From the IMG/VR virus record IMGVR_UViG_3300033405_000003: a DNA stretch of 64,000 nucleotides. One strand, written 5' to 3'. How positions within the stretch are numbered: the stretch's first letter is position 1; the number at the start of each line of letters is the position of its first letter. Source of the stretch: a virus (Duplodnaviria > Caudoviricetes). Below the pieces are notes generated by a model. That model did not search any database, was not told the DNA's origin, and saw nothing but the letters and a program-made list of their open reading frames with translations. The position numbers were made by a program, and so were the translations under genes. Positions 43,026 through 53,950 of this stretch are shown here, in pieces.

Positions 43026-43640
43026 ATGAGCGCGCGAGAACCCAAGAACAAGCTCCAGGAGTGGATAAGCTCCCAGACCGTCTCGGACGAGATGCTCTGG
43101 AAGGGCGCGTTCGGCCACCAGATGTCGTTCATCCGCGACCGGCTCGTGCCGCTCATGGCCGCGGGTCTCGTCTACCAGGCGAGCAAGGAGATCGCCGACG
43201 TCATCTCGACGCACCGGAGCAAATCGATCGTCTTGCCGGTCGTGGAGGTCACGCGCAAGGACCTCGGCCTCCGCTTCACGATGCGCGAGAACTTCTACAA
43301 CTGGAAGCTCTCGGTGCTCTCCGAGAAGCCGATCGAGGCCGACTTCACGGGGCTCTTCCACACGACGCCGCCGATCGACAAGTCCTACACGGGCGACCCG
43401 CTCGCCGGCGTGTACTTCGAGGGGTTCCCGGGGGACCGCATCTTCCGGTACTACTCCGATGACAAGCGTAAGTTCTCGGCGGAGATCTGGGGCGACTATC
43501 CCATGTGGGCCGCGGTGCTGCTCATCATGCGCTCGGTCGGCGCGGTGAAACCGCACGCGTGGACCACGCGCGAGACCCACCAGAAGGAGATGGCGGACGA
43601 GCGGGCCCGCGAGAAGGCGTGGGAGGAGAGCGGCCCATGA
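43026..43640 (+). CDS. hypothetical phage protein
   Basis: RBS GGGAG; coding-like. Confidence 0.65.
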   Translation: MSAREPKNKLQEWISSQTVSDEMLWKGAFGHQMSFIRDRLVPLMAAGLVYQASKEIADVISTHRSKSIVLPVVEVTRKDLGLRFTMRENFYNWKLSVLSEKPIEADFTGLFHTTPPIDKSYTGDPLAGVYFEGFPGDRIFRYYSDDKRKFSAEIWGDYPMWAAVLLIMRSVGAVKPHAWTTRETHQKEMADERAREKAWEESGP

Positions 43641-43890
43641 ACGCGAAGATGAAGATCTCGGAGGGCACCCTCCGCCTCCAGAGCAGCATCTGCAGGGCCG
43701 CCGACCTGCCCAGGCTCGAGGAGGCCACGGTCACGGACCTCGAAGACTCGGCCGAGTCCCTCATCGAGTTGTGGAGCGACGGGAACGTCATCGGGCACTA
43801 CCTGATGGTCGTCAAGCGGCGCCCGAAGAAGCTCAGGTACCGCGAGCCGCTGCGCCTGCTCGCCGTCATCCGCAAGCACGGGCTAGAGCC

Positions 43891-44289
43891 ATGAGCCGCC
43901 GAGGGTACGAGAACGCGCTGCCCATCGCCGACGACCTCGTGGTGCTCGACCTCCTCTACGACGACCGGTGGGAGTGGAAGATCGAGCGGCGGCTCCACAT
44001 CCCGCACCCGAACCTGCAGCGCAGCGAGGAGCCCTACGTCCGCGTCGCGCGGTCCGAGCACAGCGTCTTGGACTTCCTCGTCGCGCCCGGCGTCGGCGAG
44101 CGCCTCCTCGGGAAGTACCTGGTCGAGGGGAAGAAGCACTGGGGCTACACGGACGACCGCGACCTCTCGATCACGGACGCCGGGCGGGAGATGGTCCGGG
44201 ACGCGTACGAGCGCGCCGGCGTGCGGTACGACGAGCACTTCACGCGGCGCCTTCGCTCGGAGCGCTGGATCGCGGAGACCGCGCCGTGA
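43891..44289 (+). CDS. hypothetical protein
   Basis: ATGA coupling. Confidence 0.55.
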   Translation: MSRRGYENALPIADDLVVLDLLYDDRWEWKIERRLHIPHPNLQRSEEPYVRVARSEHSVLDFLVAPGVGERLLGKYLVEGKKHWGYTDDRDLSITDAGREMVRDAYERAGVRYDEHFTRRLRSERWIAETAP

Positions 44290-44866
44290 CCACGAAGAAG
44301 TACGACAAGACCTGCGCGCGCCTGGTGCAGGAGGCCATCGGCGTGCCCTACACGGTCGCGCTGAAACTGGTGCTGGAGCACCAGGCCGCCCACCCCGAGG
44401 CCATGCCGAAGGAAGCGAGGGCGCTCGCCATCATGAAGGAGCACGGGAGGCCGTGAACGGGCGGAGGCTCGCGCCGGTGCAGAGTGATGGGTGATGCGCG
44501 CGTTCGCGTGGCTGCTCGGTCCGAAAGCGACCCCGGCGTGCGTCGTGCTCTTCCTCTTGATCGCGCCCGTCGCGGTGTGGCACCACGTGCACCTCGTCAT
44601 CCACATCTGGAAGACCTGGCGCGAAGAAAAGAAAGAGACCCATGACGACAAGCGCGACTGAGACGAACACGAACGGCACGACCCACCCGGCCACCCCCGC
44701 GAGCCCGGTCCCCATCTCCGCGGGCGACGAACACGTGGTGGTCACGCTCGTGGTCCCGAAGAAGAACGGGGGGCTGCCCTCCAGGTGGTGGCCTGTTTTC
44801 ACCCATCCTGGCCTACTTCGGCCACTTTTCCATTCTCCCGTCTTAGCTTCGGCCCGGAGTTGAAAC

Positions 44867-45250
44867 ATGGAACCCACCAAACGCCCCTCCAAGAAACCTG
44901 ACAAAACGCGCCACCTTCACGTGGTCACCGAGGACTCCGAGAAACGACCACCGAAGGTGAAGAAGCACCCGGCCCGCTTCTCTGACCACGATCGCCGGAT
45001 GCTCGCTGTCGCGCTCCGCGCCCTCAAGACGGAGCGCTACGGGACGTGGTGGCGCCTCGCCGAAGCGATGCGAGTTGCCGAAGGAACGCTCCATCAGGTG
45101 ACGACTGGCAAATCAGGCTCGATGGGGATGGCTGTGCGCGCTGCCGCGCTCGCCGGTGTCCCCGTCGAGGTCCTCCTCACCGGGCAGATCCGCTCAGCGA
45201 ACCGCTGTCCGGCTTGCAACCAGGTGCTCATGACGAAAGAGAGCACCTGA
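44867..45250 (+). CDS. XRE-type HTH protein with C-terminal CxxC
   Basis: TWWRLAEAMRVAEGTL...MAVRAAALAGVPVEVLL; CPAC. Confidence 0.65.
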   Translation: MEPTKRPSKKPDKTRHLHVVTEDSEKRPPKVKKHPARFSDHDRRMLAVALRALKTERYGTWWRLAEAMRVAEGTLHQVTTGKSGSMGMAVRAAALAGVPVEVLLTGQIRSANRCPACNQVLMTKEST

Positions 45251-45807
45251 TGCCCAAGGGACAGTACCAACGCCATCCACACATCAGGCACCTCTCACGC
45301 GAAGAGCATGTACGTCTCCTGACCACGTTGGAAGCACTCAAAGTTCGATTCTCGACATGGACCGGCCTAGCACGCGCGCTCGGTTCGAACGTCACAACAG
45401 TGAACCAGGTTCGCCACGGTTCGGGATCCGCCGCATACGCCGCGCGGGTGGCGGCGCTTGCCGGTGTTCCGCTTGAGACGATTCTCGACACGTGCGAAGG
45501 CGCTCGGGCCGGAGCTACTAATCTCCATGGCGAGCATCTCACCGTCGCTGAAGACGGTCTCTTCGTTGCATCCCTCAGGAACTTGAAGCGTGTCCATGGC
45601 ACGTACAGGCGCATCGCAGAACTGATCGGAGTGACGCCGCAGCGCCTCGCTAGCGCAATCAACAACCCGAGGCGGTATGGCTCGATGGCTCTCGCGGCGC
45701 GCGTCGCGCGCCTCGCGAACGCGCACGTCGAGCAGGTGCTCACGCCTCAAGTGAGGCCGGCGGGGACCTGTTGGATGTGTGGTCAGATGCTGCCGTCGAA
45801 TGGCTGA
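45250..45807 (+). CDS. tandem XRE-type HTH protein with C-terminal CxxC
   Basis: two repeats of the domain seen in 44867; CWMC. Confidence 0.65.
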   Translation: MPKGQYQRHPHIRHLSREEHVRLLTTLEALKVRFSTWTGLARALGSNVTTVNQVRHGSGSAAYAARVAALAGVPLETILDTCEGARAGATNLHGEHLTVAEDGLFVASLRNLKRVHGTYRRIAELIGVTPQRLASAINNPRRYGSMALAARVARLANAHVEQVLTPQVRPAGTCWMCGQMLPSNG

Positions 45808-46712
45808 AGGCGACGCTGCGCTGCCTGTCGGTCGCTTGTCTACATGGTCGCACTCGCGTGTCGGACTGGTTTCGTTGTGACACGGGGCGACCCGAAGCGT
45901 AGCCTTACACACAAAGCGTCTCGCGAGGTGTCGCGAGGGCTCACATGGAAGGGGAATGTGATGCGTCGCCTCGCCTTGGTTCTGAACTTCAGCGACTGGC
46001 GGTTCGAGCATGGTCGTGTGATCGGCGATGCCATTGTCCGGGGTGGTGGTGACGACCTGCGGCGTGACACCGCTGGCGGGCTCTACGACCGGTGGCGGAG
46101 TCACGGGCTCCGAAACCGGCTTGCTGTACCCGTCAAAGTCATGCGGCGTCGGGGCTTCACCGTTGCCTCGGTCGTCGACAGCGTCTGCTCCGCTTGCGCG
46201 TCGTCGTGTGAGCATCTCCAGGCCAACCCGCTCCGCTAGCTCCCGACGACGAGCATGAAGACCCCGAAGCTCGGCATCACGATCCGGTGCGATACCTGGG
46301 TCGCTGGCCAATTCGGTGTAGATTGCCCGCAGGCGGTCGTCGGCCTGCTCGAGCGATGCGAGCAAGTCGTCAAGCGATGTTTCGGCAGGAGACGTCATGT
46401 TCGCGCTGCGCGTGATCGTCGTCGAGGTCGCAAGGTTAGCGCCACGTACGCGATCGTGTCGTGGTCCGCGAGCACGGCAGGGCGACCGAGGGCGAGCCAG
46501 TGGCTACAACGTCCTCCGCCGGCAACAACCATGCGTTCGCGTGGCGCTTGGCCGGTTCCCGATGCAAAAGTCGACCTGCGAGCGGGATGCGGGAGAGCAG
46601 TGCAGCGCGAGCCATCCTACACTTTCCATCGCTCCCGTTTCGTGATGAAATTTGCTGATGCGCTCCCAGTGTAGGCCTCGCGCTCTTTGGGCGATGGAGC
46701 GAGTATCCGCTC

Positions 46713-47438
46713 GTGACGCCAAAGTCTCGCACGACGCCTGCCGACGAGATCGGCAACGTGAAGACCTCGCCGAGTTTACCCCCTCAACCGGCGAGTCCAG
46801 TTCGCCGAACGCCGCAACGACTGACGCCGATCGAGGTCTTCAAGCTCTGTATTCGCCGGGCAGAAAATCTCGTGAAGATTCACAAAACCGCGGTGGGCAA
46901 ACGAAAAGGGAAGCCGGAGGAGCATTTGGCGGACGCCTATCGGGCGGCGATCACATTGGCGATCTCGGCGCTCGACGCCTATGTGCGGACGCTTGTCCTG
47001 AGCAAAGTGCGAGAACTGCTGGACTCGTCGAAGCCAATTCCGGGAGCGCTGGTCGACCGATTACGAAACCTGATGCCTCACGAGCAACTCTTGGAGGCCG
47101 CGCGGCAGCACGATTTTCTCGAGCGCGTAGACAAGGGGCTTCAGGCGGAGTTCGACACCGAAAGCTTCCAGGGACGCCGAAAAATAGAGGCGGCGTTGAG
47201 TCTCATCGGCCACAAGGACATCATGGAAAAGGTGGCCCAAGCTGCCCGACAGAACGCGGTAGTGTTGACGCGGGAGTTGGAGCACTTCACGCAGCGACGA
47301 CATTCGATCGCTCATCGAGGCGATTACGATCTCACGTGCCATCCGCCGATGGAAAACTCGATCACAAAACAGGACGCGCAGAAGTGCATCAAGTTAGTCG
47401 TGCTGATTGCCGAGCACGTCGAGAAGGTCGTGCAATGA
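46713..47438 (+). CDS. HEPN-domain protein (predicted RNase)
   Basis: all-helical; AISALDAYV..; RRHSIAH (Rx4H). Confidence 0.75.
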   Translation: MTPKSRTTPADEIGNVKTSPSLPPQPASPVRRTPQRLTPIEVFKLCIRRAENLVKIHKTAVGKRKGKPEEHLADAYRAAITLAISALDAYVRTLVLSKVRELLDSSKPIPGALVDRLRNLMPHEQLLEAARQHDFLERVDKGLQAEFDTESFQGRRKIEAALSLIGHKDIMEKVAQAARQNAVVLTRELEHFTQRRHSIAHRGDYDLTCHPPMENSITKQDAQKCIKLVVLIAEHVEKVVQ

Positions 47439-47713
47439 ATCAGCTTCTTCTCATCGCGTTCGACCTTAGACATCCGGCGATGAACACAGAGGCGGTGATC
47501 GCTCGGATCAGAGCATTCGGGCAGTGGGCGCGTGTCAATTCAACGACCTACTTGGTCTATGCGCCCAATGCCCCGGCACAGATCCGTGCGTACATGATGC
47601 CCGTCCTCAACATCGGTGACCGGCTGTTCGTAACGGAGCTGGGTTTCACGTCTGCTTGGGGTGGATACCCAGAAGTGTTCGACAACTGGATGCAAGCGCA
47701 CTCAGAGCCATGA
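47435..47713 (+). CDS. small Cas2-like ferredoxin-fold protein
   Basis: LLIAFDL...IRAFGQWARVNSTTYLV...DRLFV; ATGA-coupled to HEPN. Confidence 0.55.
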   Translation: MNQLLLIAFDLRHPAMNTEAVIARIRAFGQWARVNSTTYLVYAPNAPAQIRAYMMPVLNIGDRLFVTELGFTSAWGGYPEVFDNWMQAHSEP

Positions 47714-47806
47714 TTCATGGTTGGGACCTCCTCGCGTTCATGCGCCGCGCCGTGATGGTGACGTGTAGGCTGTCCCATTGGTGAGGTGTCACTCAGCTCG
47801 GTAACG

Positions 47807-48874
47807 CTACTTGGGCGCGCGGATCACGTTGCCAGGAGACACGTCCGTCCAATAGACGCTAGTCGAATCGACTGCGATGCCCGTTGGTCCCGCCCCACCC
47901 CCGATGCGGGTCGCGCTACCGCCCCCGATCGGAACCTTCATCACGGTTCCGCTCTGCGGAGTTGTCCAGTAAACGTTGGTCGAGTCGACCGCCGTGAAAA
48001 GTGGCTCAACTTGCCCAGACGCTAGCGTCGCCGTACCGCCGCCTCCGATCGGCACCTTCATCACGCTGAGGCCGCACAGGTCCGTCCAGTAGACGCTCGT
48101 CGCGTCGACCGCGACGTACTGCGGATCGCACGGCCCCGATGCGAGCGCCGTCGGGCTCCCGCCCCCCGTCGGTACCTTCATGACCGCGAGGCCGTTGGCC
48201 CAGTAGACGGTCGTCGCGTCGACCGCAATGCCCAGCGGGCCGCCAGGCCCGGACGCGAGCACCGTCGTGCTTCCGCCCTGAACCGGCACCTTCATCACGC
48301 TGCCGCCCTGTTGGGTTGTCCAGTAGACGCTCGTCGAATCGACGGCGATTCCTCGAGGGCCGTTCTGCCCGGACGCGAGGATCACGGTACTGCCGCCCCC
48401 AATCGCAACCTTCATCACCATGCCGTCGCCGACGGTCGTCCAATAGACGTTCGTCATGTCGACGGCGATCGCGTACGGGTCGTTCTGCCCGGACGCGAGC
48501 ATCACCGCGCTACCGCCGCCGATGGGGACCTTCATCACGCTGCCGCTGCCGGGGGTCGTTGAATCGCCCTGGTTCGTCCAGTAGACGCTCGTCGAGTCGA
48601 CCGCGATGGCGCAGGGAGCGCTCTGCCCTGTCGCGAGACACAACATCCCTGGCTCAAGGCACTCGCCACCGCACAAAGTGTAACTCGCCGGGCATCCGAC
48701 ATACCCATCTCCCAGCCAATCGGCCGCATCGTTACCCGCATCGTTAGGGGTCGCATCCGTGGGGGTGCAACTCGCGCTAGAGGCGAGAGTGATTCCGCCT
48801 AGTGCGATCGCGATAGACCAACTAGACACGCGATTGGCATTCAAGTCTCGTGACGGTGGGTGAGTCAAGGCCAC
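47807..48874 (-). CDS. secreted 7-bladed beta-propeller protein
   Basis: 7 repeats of IAVD.T.VYWT..VMKVP.GGG...LASG; Cys-rich linker; start uncertain. Confidence 0.8.
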   Translation of the reverse strand: MALTHPPSRDLNANRVSSWSIAIALGGITLASSASCTPTDATPNDAGNDAADWLGDGYVGCPASYTLCGGECLEPGMLCLATGQSAPCAIAVDSTSVYWTNQGDSTTPGSGSVMKVPIGGGSAVMLASGQNDPYAIAVDMTNVYWTTVGDGMVMKVAIGGGSTVILASGQNGPRGIAVDSTSVYWTTQQGGSVMKVPVQGGSTTVLASGPGGPLGIAVDATTVYWANGLAVMKVPTGGGSPTALASGPCDPQYVAVDATSVYWTDLCGLSVMKVPIGGGGTATLASGQVEPLFTAVDSTNVYWTTPQSGTVMKVPIGGGSATRIGGGAGPTGIAVDSTSVYWTDVSPGNVIRAPK

Positions 48875-49035
48875 CCCCCGAGCGTGTACCGCTCGATCGC
48901 CACGTCCAGCTTCACACCGGCCGCGTTGTCACTCCTTGCGGACGTTGCCGCAGGTACTGCGGACGCGCTGGTCGGCGACGATGTTGCCGAGGGCATCGTG
49001 CGCGGTGCCACGCCCAACGCTGTGGTCGTCGTCGA

Positions 49036-49362
49036 TCACTGGAACGCGATGTACAGCGCCTGCATGCGCTGCTGCCCGTCGAGGACGTACTCTTTCCACC
49101 CGGTCGCCGCCACGGGCCACGGGTCCTCGTAGAACGTGGTGCCGTCCTGGAAGTTGACGATAAAGCGACGACAATCGATGACCTGCCGCGTCCGCCAGAT
49201 CAGCGCCGTGCCGACGGGAAAGCCCTGGTACAGCGAATCGAACAGCCTCTCGACCTGCGACAGTTCCCAGACTAGCGGGCGCTGGACGTTCGGTAGGAGT
49301 AGTTCGTTGTCGCGGATCCGTTGGGCGACCTTCCAAGCGCTTTGCCCTTCGAACCTCGACAT
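49036..49362 (-). pseudogene. truncated DUF262 (GmrSD/SspE N-terminal) protein
   Basis: LPNVQRPLVW...LFDSL..GFPVG...VLDGQQR, stops 10 codons later. Confidence 0.7.
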
Positions 49363-49432
49363 AGACGTCGATGGTCCCCGACGGGGGAACGGGAGTCAAC
49401 GGTGCGCGTTCATGCAGCCGCGACGACGATGT

Positions 49433-50569
49433 TCACTGTGTCTCGCCGTCGCGTCGAAGTGAGTCCTGCGCCTGTTCCGCAGGAGATCGTTCCATGCGTT
49501 CCATCATGAGCAGGGTGCGCTGCAACGTGAACGCCGACGACCCGTTCGGCCATCGTACGTTTTCACGCATGTGCCCGTATCGAGCCATTCCGCCAGAGAC
49601 GAAATCCAGCAGCAGTGTGCCCAGCCACCAATCCGATTCTCGGGCTGCATCCAGGCGCTGCGCGGCCTGCACAACTTCAGCTGGTCGGGAATCGGAGGCC
49701 CCTGCACCACTGGGGCGCACGTATACCAGAAAGAATGGGCGGCCATGGCGCTCAGCGAACACGGCCTTTTCGCGCAAATGCTTGCGCATCACGGCTTCTA
49801 CGCTGGCTTGGCGACCGCCGCCGACCCAGCCGCTCATGATGATGTCGCCCGCTGCCTGGATCGTTGTGGTCACGCTGGCGCCGCTGAGGGCTTGCAGGTC
49901 GTACGTGAATGTGTGCGGCAGCGTTGCCGGCTGTTGAAGTGCGACGCGCTGGGCCCCGAGCATCCTACGCATCTCGGGCCCGAGCACCTCGCACGTTGGC
50001 GTGAATCCATGGCAGTGCACACCCACGTCAACATCGCCGAGGTTGTGGCGTCGCGCCCAACGGTCGGCCTCGGGCTGAAAGCGAATCTTGAGCAGACCAA
50101 TCCCGCTCCCCGCAGCGCTCTTCACGTCGAAGGCAATGAGTTCGCCTCGTCCACAGATGTCGCGGATAACACCGTCGAAGGGCGGGGAGCCGCCGTACTG
50201 CGCGTCCAGCGGCCAACCGGTCTCTTGGAGAACGCCGTCAGCTTCGAACGTCTGATACGCCAAAAGCTCAAGCCAAGCTGCGTCCCAATGGTGCCAACCG
50301 TCGACGAATAGCTTGCCTCGCTGCTCATCAAGATCAGCGGGGTTGCGGGTAGAGAGTGCCACAAGTGCCACCTCAACCTCGCCGAGCTGATAGCGCCCGA
50401 CCTCGCCATCGTACAGTTCGACAATCGGCAAGCCTGCGAGAACGGGCTGCGGACGGAGGGCGGCAAATATGGAGTCGAGGGCGGCGTACGCCTGAAGGTC
50501 GACTGGTCGCACGATGACCAAGCGTACCTCCACGTGGTTGCGATCGCTCGTCCCGTCGCCCTTGGTCAT
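49433..50569 (-). CDS. hypothetical protein, possible PD-(D/E)xK nuclease
   Basis: PFDG...AFDVKS; atypical codon use. Confidence 0.5.
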   Translation of the reverse strand: MTKGDGTSDRNHVEVRLVIVRPVDLQAYAALDSIFAALRPQPVLAGLPIVELYDGEVGRYQLGEVEVALVALSTRNPADLDEQRGKLFVDGWHHWDAAWLELLAYQTFEADGVLQETGWPLDAQYGGSPPFDGVIRDICGRGELIAFDVKSAAGSGIGLLKIRFQPEADRWARRHNLGDVDVGVHCHGFTPTCEVLGPEMRRMLGAQRVALQQPATLPHTFTYDLQALSGASVTTTIQAAGDIIMSGWVGGGRQASVEAVMRKHLREKAVFAERHGRPFFLVYVRPSGAGASDSRPAEVVQAAQRLDAARESDWWLGTLLLDFVSGGMARYGHMRENVRWPNGSSAFTLQRTLLMMERMERSPAEQAQDSLRRDGETQ

Positions 50570-50680
50570 GCTGGTCGTGATGGTCAGCGCGATCAGGCGG
50601 TTCTTGGGGTGGAACGACCGCGAGAGTGAAAGGGCTTGCCTCGCCCGTGAGATTGGCGTGACGATGGTCGGGAGGGTCTG

Positions 50681-51199
50681 ATGATGGAACGGATGGGACA
50701 GCTTCTCGCAACGATGACGCTCGCGCTTGTAACAGGGTGCGCAACTACGCCATCGTCAACACAGCCCACCACCCACCTGCTTGACCAGCAAAGTCTGACG
50801 GTTCCAGCCGGCCAAGCCTTGGCGGTGGGCCCGTACACGGTGCCTGATGGCGCGACGATCACGTACCAGATCACCGACACGCCCACGGGCATCGGCTCCG
50901 ATACGATGACCGTGGGCATCGCGACCGAGGCGACCGCGCAGGCCACGAACCCGACCCTCTTCGACGCGCAATCGAACGTGTCGTCGGTGACGGGGACCAC
51001 CCCCGCCCTCTCGGCAGGAGGCTACGATCTCTACGTCGCGCGAGGTGCCAGTCGAAGACCACGCGCGGGTGCTCGGGGCTCTCACCGCTGCGCCGCAGGC
51101 TGCAACTCGACGCGCGACCCCTCAGACGAGCCCGTCTACAGAAAGCAGCACGCGGACGGTTGCCCGACCCGCGATCGATTCGGGCAGGTGTTAGGCTGA
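50681..51199 (+). CDS. lipoprotein, C-terminus probably disrupted
   Basis: lipobox LVTGC; beta-rich to ~51040, then non-coding-like. Confidence 0.45.
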   Translation: MMERMGQLLATMTLALVTGCATTPSSTQPTTHLLDQQSLTVPAGQALAVGPYTVPDGATITYQITDTPTGIGSDTMTVGIATEATAQATNPTLFDAQSNVSSVTGTTPALSAGGYDLYVARGASRRPRAGARGSHRCAAGCNSTRDPSDEPVYRKQHADGCPTRDRFGQVLG

Positions 51200-51574
51200 G
51201 CCGGATGAAGCGCTGGGTCATCGAGTTCAGGTCTGGGACGTTCTTCCAGGACATCGAGGCTGCGCACGGCGGGCGCGTGCAGAGCGCGCAACGATGGGAC
51301 ACGAAGGAAGAAGCGGAGAAATTCATGGACGACAACCCCTGGATCAGCTTCAACGGCGGCATGGCGATGGAGCGCGAGTTCCCCGGCGACGAGCTGCCGC
51401 TCGCGTGGGTGGCGCCGTGATCACCCTCCACGTCTGGCGCACGGACGGCGCCCCGATGCAGACGTACGATTACCTCATGCTGCTCGGTTACGGAGTCATC
51501 CTCCTGCAGGCCGTGGTCGTCCTCTTGTGCTTCTACATGAAGCTGACCAGCATGCTCCGCACGGGGAGCGAGTA

Positions 51575-51985
51575 ATGGGCGCACACATCAACAAGGACGG
51601 CCGCTTCCAGAGCGACCGCTACCCATCGACGCCAGCCGACAAGGTTCCTCTCAGCGTGAACGACAAGACGGCGCAGGATCTCCTCTGGCAATACGCGGAG
51701 CGCCGCCGCAAGGTCGACGCGGAGTTCTCGGCCGACCTCGAGTCACGTCTCGAGACCGTCGGGTTCGCGCCGCCAGCGCTCCGCATCGACGAAGAGCTGG
51801 CCGCGCTACGCAAGCTCGTGCTCGAGATCACCGAGCACTACGACCCGATGTTCGGGACCATCAACACGTACCACCTCGACGACCGGGAGTGGATGAAGAA
51901 GGCCGCGGAGGTCCTCGGCGAGGACGCCGTCTTCCCCTGGAAGAGAGCCGACCGCGAAGCCGACCGCAAAAGCAGCCAGCGATGA
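51575..51985 (+). CDS. hypothetical protein
   Basis: TAATG coupling. Confidence 0.6.
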   Translation: MGAHINKDGRFQSDRYPSTPADKVPLSVNDKTAQDLLWQYAERRRKVDAEFSADLESRLETVGFAPPALRIDEELAALRKLVLEITEHYDPMFGTINTYHLDDREWMKKAAEVLGEDAVFPWKRADREADRKSSQR

Positions 51986-52965
51986 CGACGATCATCCTCG
52001 CGTTCTTGGCCGGCTTCGGCTGGACGTCCGCCGTGGTCTCCTACATCGCGGCGCGGCGCAGGCTCGGCGCCTACAGCAAGAAGCTCGTGGACGAGATGAT
52101 GGGGCCCGCGCTCGAGAAGGCGCGTGCCGACATCGGGACCATCGCGAGCGACCACGCCATCAAGCTCGCGGAGTCATACGCCCACCACGCCGGCGAGATG
52201 GCGCGCCTGCTCCAGCCGGGGACCCGCGGCCACGACGACTGGACGGGCCGGGCGGCCGGCGCGCGCGAGGTCGCGGCGGCGATCCGCAAGACGCGGGACA
52301 ACCTCTTCGGGCCGTGGCAAGAAACGAAGCCATGACGAAGACGAAGATCGTCGGGATGGAGGAGGCCCTCGCAAGCATCCCGGCCGAGGAGCGCAACGGT
52401 CTGAGGCAGGGGATTCTCGACGCGTTCGAAGAGGCCGCCAAGACCGGCAAGCTCCCGGGCAAACCCATCGAGAGGCTCCCGGACGGCACGCGCGCGTGCC
52501 CCGCGTGCGGCGCGGTCCTGAAGCGCCCGCACACGTTCCGGTTCCCGGAGCACGCCGGCGGCGACTTCGCCGGGCAGCTCGTCACGTGCTTCGAGTGCCG
52601 GCCCTGCAACGCGCACTACATGGTGAGGGCCATGCAATGATCCTCGCCTGCAACCCCAAGTACATACCGAAGCTCACCGAGGCCGAGAAGGCGAAGCTCG
52701 CGGCCGTGAAGGCCGCACTCCGGCCCGGCTGCGTGCTCGAGTTCACCACGAGCGACTACCACGAGGACCTCGAGACGCCGCCCGGGTTCCACGAGGTCGG
52801 CGACAGGCTCACGCTCGTGCGCCTCGCGGAGAGGAAGATTCCCGTCGTGGACAGCAAGACTCGCGAGAAGGTCCGCGAGATCGACGTCTGGGTCTGCAAG
52901 AGCAGCCGCTGGGACGAAAAGGAGTGCGACGAGAACTACCTCGCCTGGATGACGAAAGTGGTCCC

Positions 52966-53574
52966 GTGAAGAAGCTCGCCCTCTTTCTCGCGCTCCTCGC
53001 GTGCAGGGACGCCCCGCCCCCGGAGGCCGGCGACGCCGCGGCATCCTCGGCGAGCGCGCCCAGCGCGTCCACCGGCATCGCGGTGAACGCGGCCCCCATC
53101 GTCGTGTCGCCGGGCAGCGAATGGAGCGTGCATTTCTCCCCGAACGGCGGGTGCGAGAACGCCGTCGCGACGTTCATCGCGAGCGCCAAGTCGAGCGTGC
53201 ACCTCATGGCGTACGGCTTCACGTCGGAGGCGATCGCGAACGCCCTCATCAAGAAGAAGATCGAGCTGGGCGACGCGGGCTCCGTCGAGGTCGTCCTCGA
53301 CAAGAGTGACAAGACCGCCAAGGGCTCGATGGCCTTCTTGCTCCGGAGCGGCAACGTCAAGGTCTGGATCGACAGCAAGCACCAGATTATGCACGACAAG
53401 ACGGTCGTCGTGGACGGCGCGTGGATCGAGACGGGGTCGTTCAACTTCACGAACGCGGCGGAGCACTCCAATGCCGAGAATTGTCTCATCGAGCACGACC
53501 CCGAGAAGGCGAAAGCGTACGGGGAGAACTGGTCCCTCCATCGAGACCACTCCGACCGACTTCCCTACGACTGA
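52966..53574 (+). CDS. phospholipase D-family nuclease (Nuc-like lipoprotein)
   Basis: FSP, HDKTVVVD (HKD), GSFNFT, NAEN; signal KKLALFLALLAC. Confidence 0.9.
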   Translation: MKKLALFLALLACRDAPPPEAGDAAASSASAPSASTGIAVNAAPIVVSPGSEWSVHFSPNGGCENAVATFIASAKSSVHLMAYGFTSEAIANALIKKKIELGDAGSVEVVLDKSDKTAKGSMAFLLRSGNVKVWIDSKHQIMHDKTVVVDGAWIETGSFNFTNAAEHSNAENCLIEHDPEKAKAYGENWSLHRDHSDRLPYD

Positions 53575-53687
53575 CGACATGGAGCCGTGGACGTCGCCCG
53601 CGCTCGATCGACCCGACGATGGCGGGGACGAAGGTGACGAGACCGAGCTTGTACCGTTTCGTTGGGATCCCGACGGTTCGTGAAACT

Positions 53688-53716
53688 TTGACTCAGGTAG
53701 GATATTATCCTACATT
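53688..53716 (+). promoter_or_regulatory. leaderless promoter with palindromic operator
   Basis: TTGACT-N17-TACATT; GTAGGATA-T-TATCCTAC; ATG at 53723. Confidence 0.7.
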
Positions 53717-53722
53717 GTAGTC

Positions 53723-53950
53723 ATGAGTAGATACGGTAGGTTGTGGCAGCAGGCGAGCGATATTCGAGACGAACTGAAGAAGCTCGTGTCCCACGCAACA
53801 ACGAGCAGCCTCGCAGACGCCGAGCGCACGTGCAGGGACTCAATCATCACTGCGAAGGACGCCGGCGACGAAGAGCGCGCGAGGCGCATCGAGAGTCTGC
53901 TCTCGTCGTGGGCCGATCTCGAGCGCCGGATGGCGACGTGCGACGACTGA
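53723..53950 (+). CDS. hypothetical helical protein
   Basis: directly after promoter. Confidence 0.55.
   Translation: MSRYGRLWQQASDIRDELKKLVSHATTSSLADAERTCRDSIITAKDAGDEERARRIESLLSSWADLERRMATCDD

Noticed and set aside
47435-47713. cas2 of a CRISPR-Cas locus
   Set aside because: No cas1 or array anywhere in the window; only fold-level resemblance
47807-48610. DNA repeat array or DGR template/variable repeats
   Set aside because: Repeats are the seven coding propeller blades; no reverse transcriptase in the window
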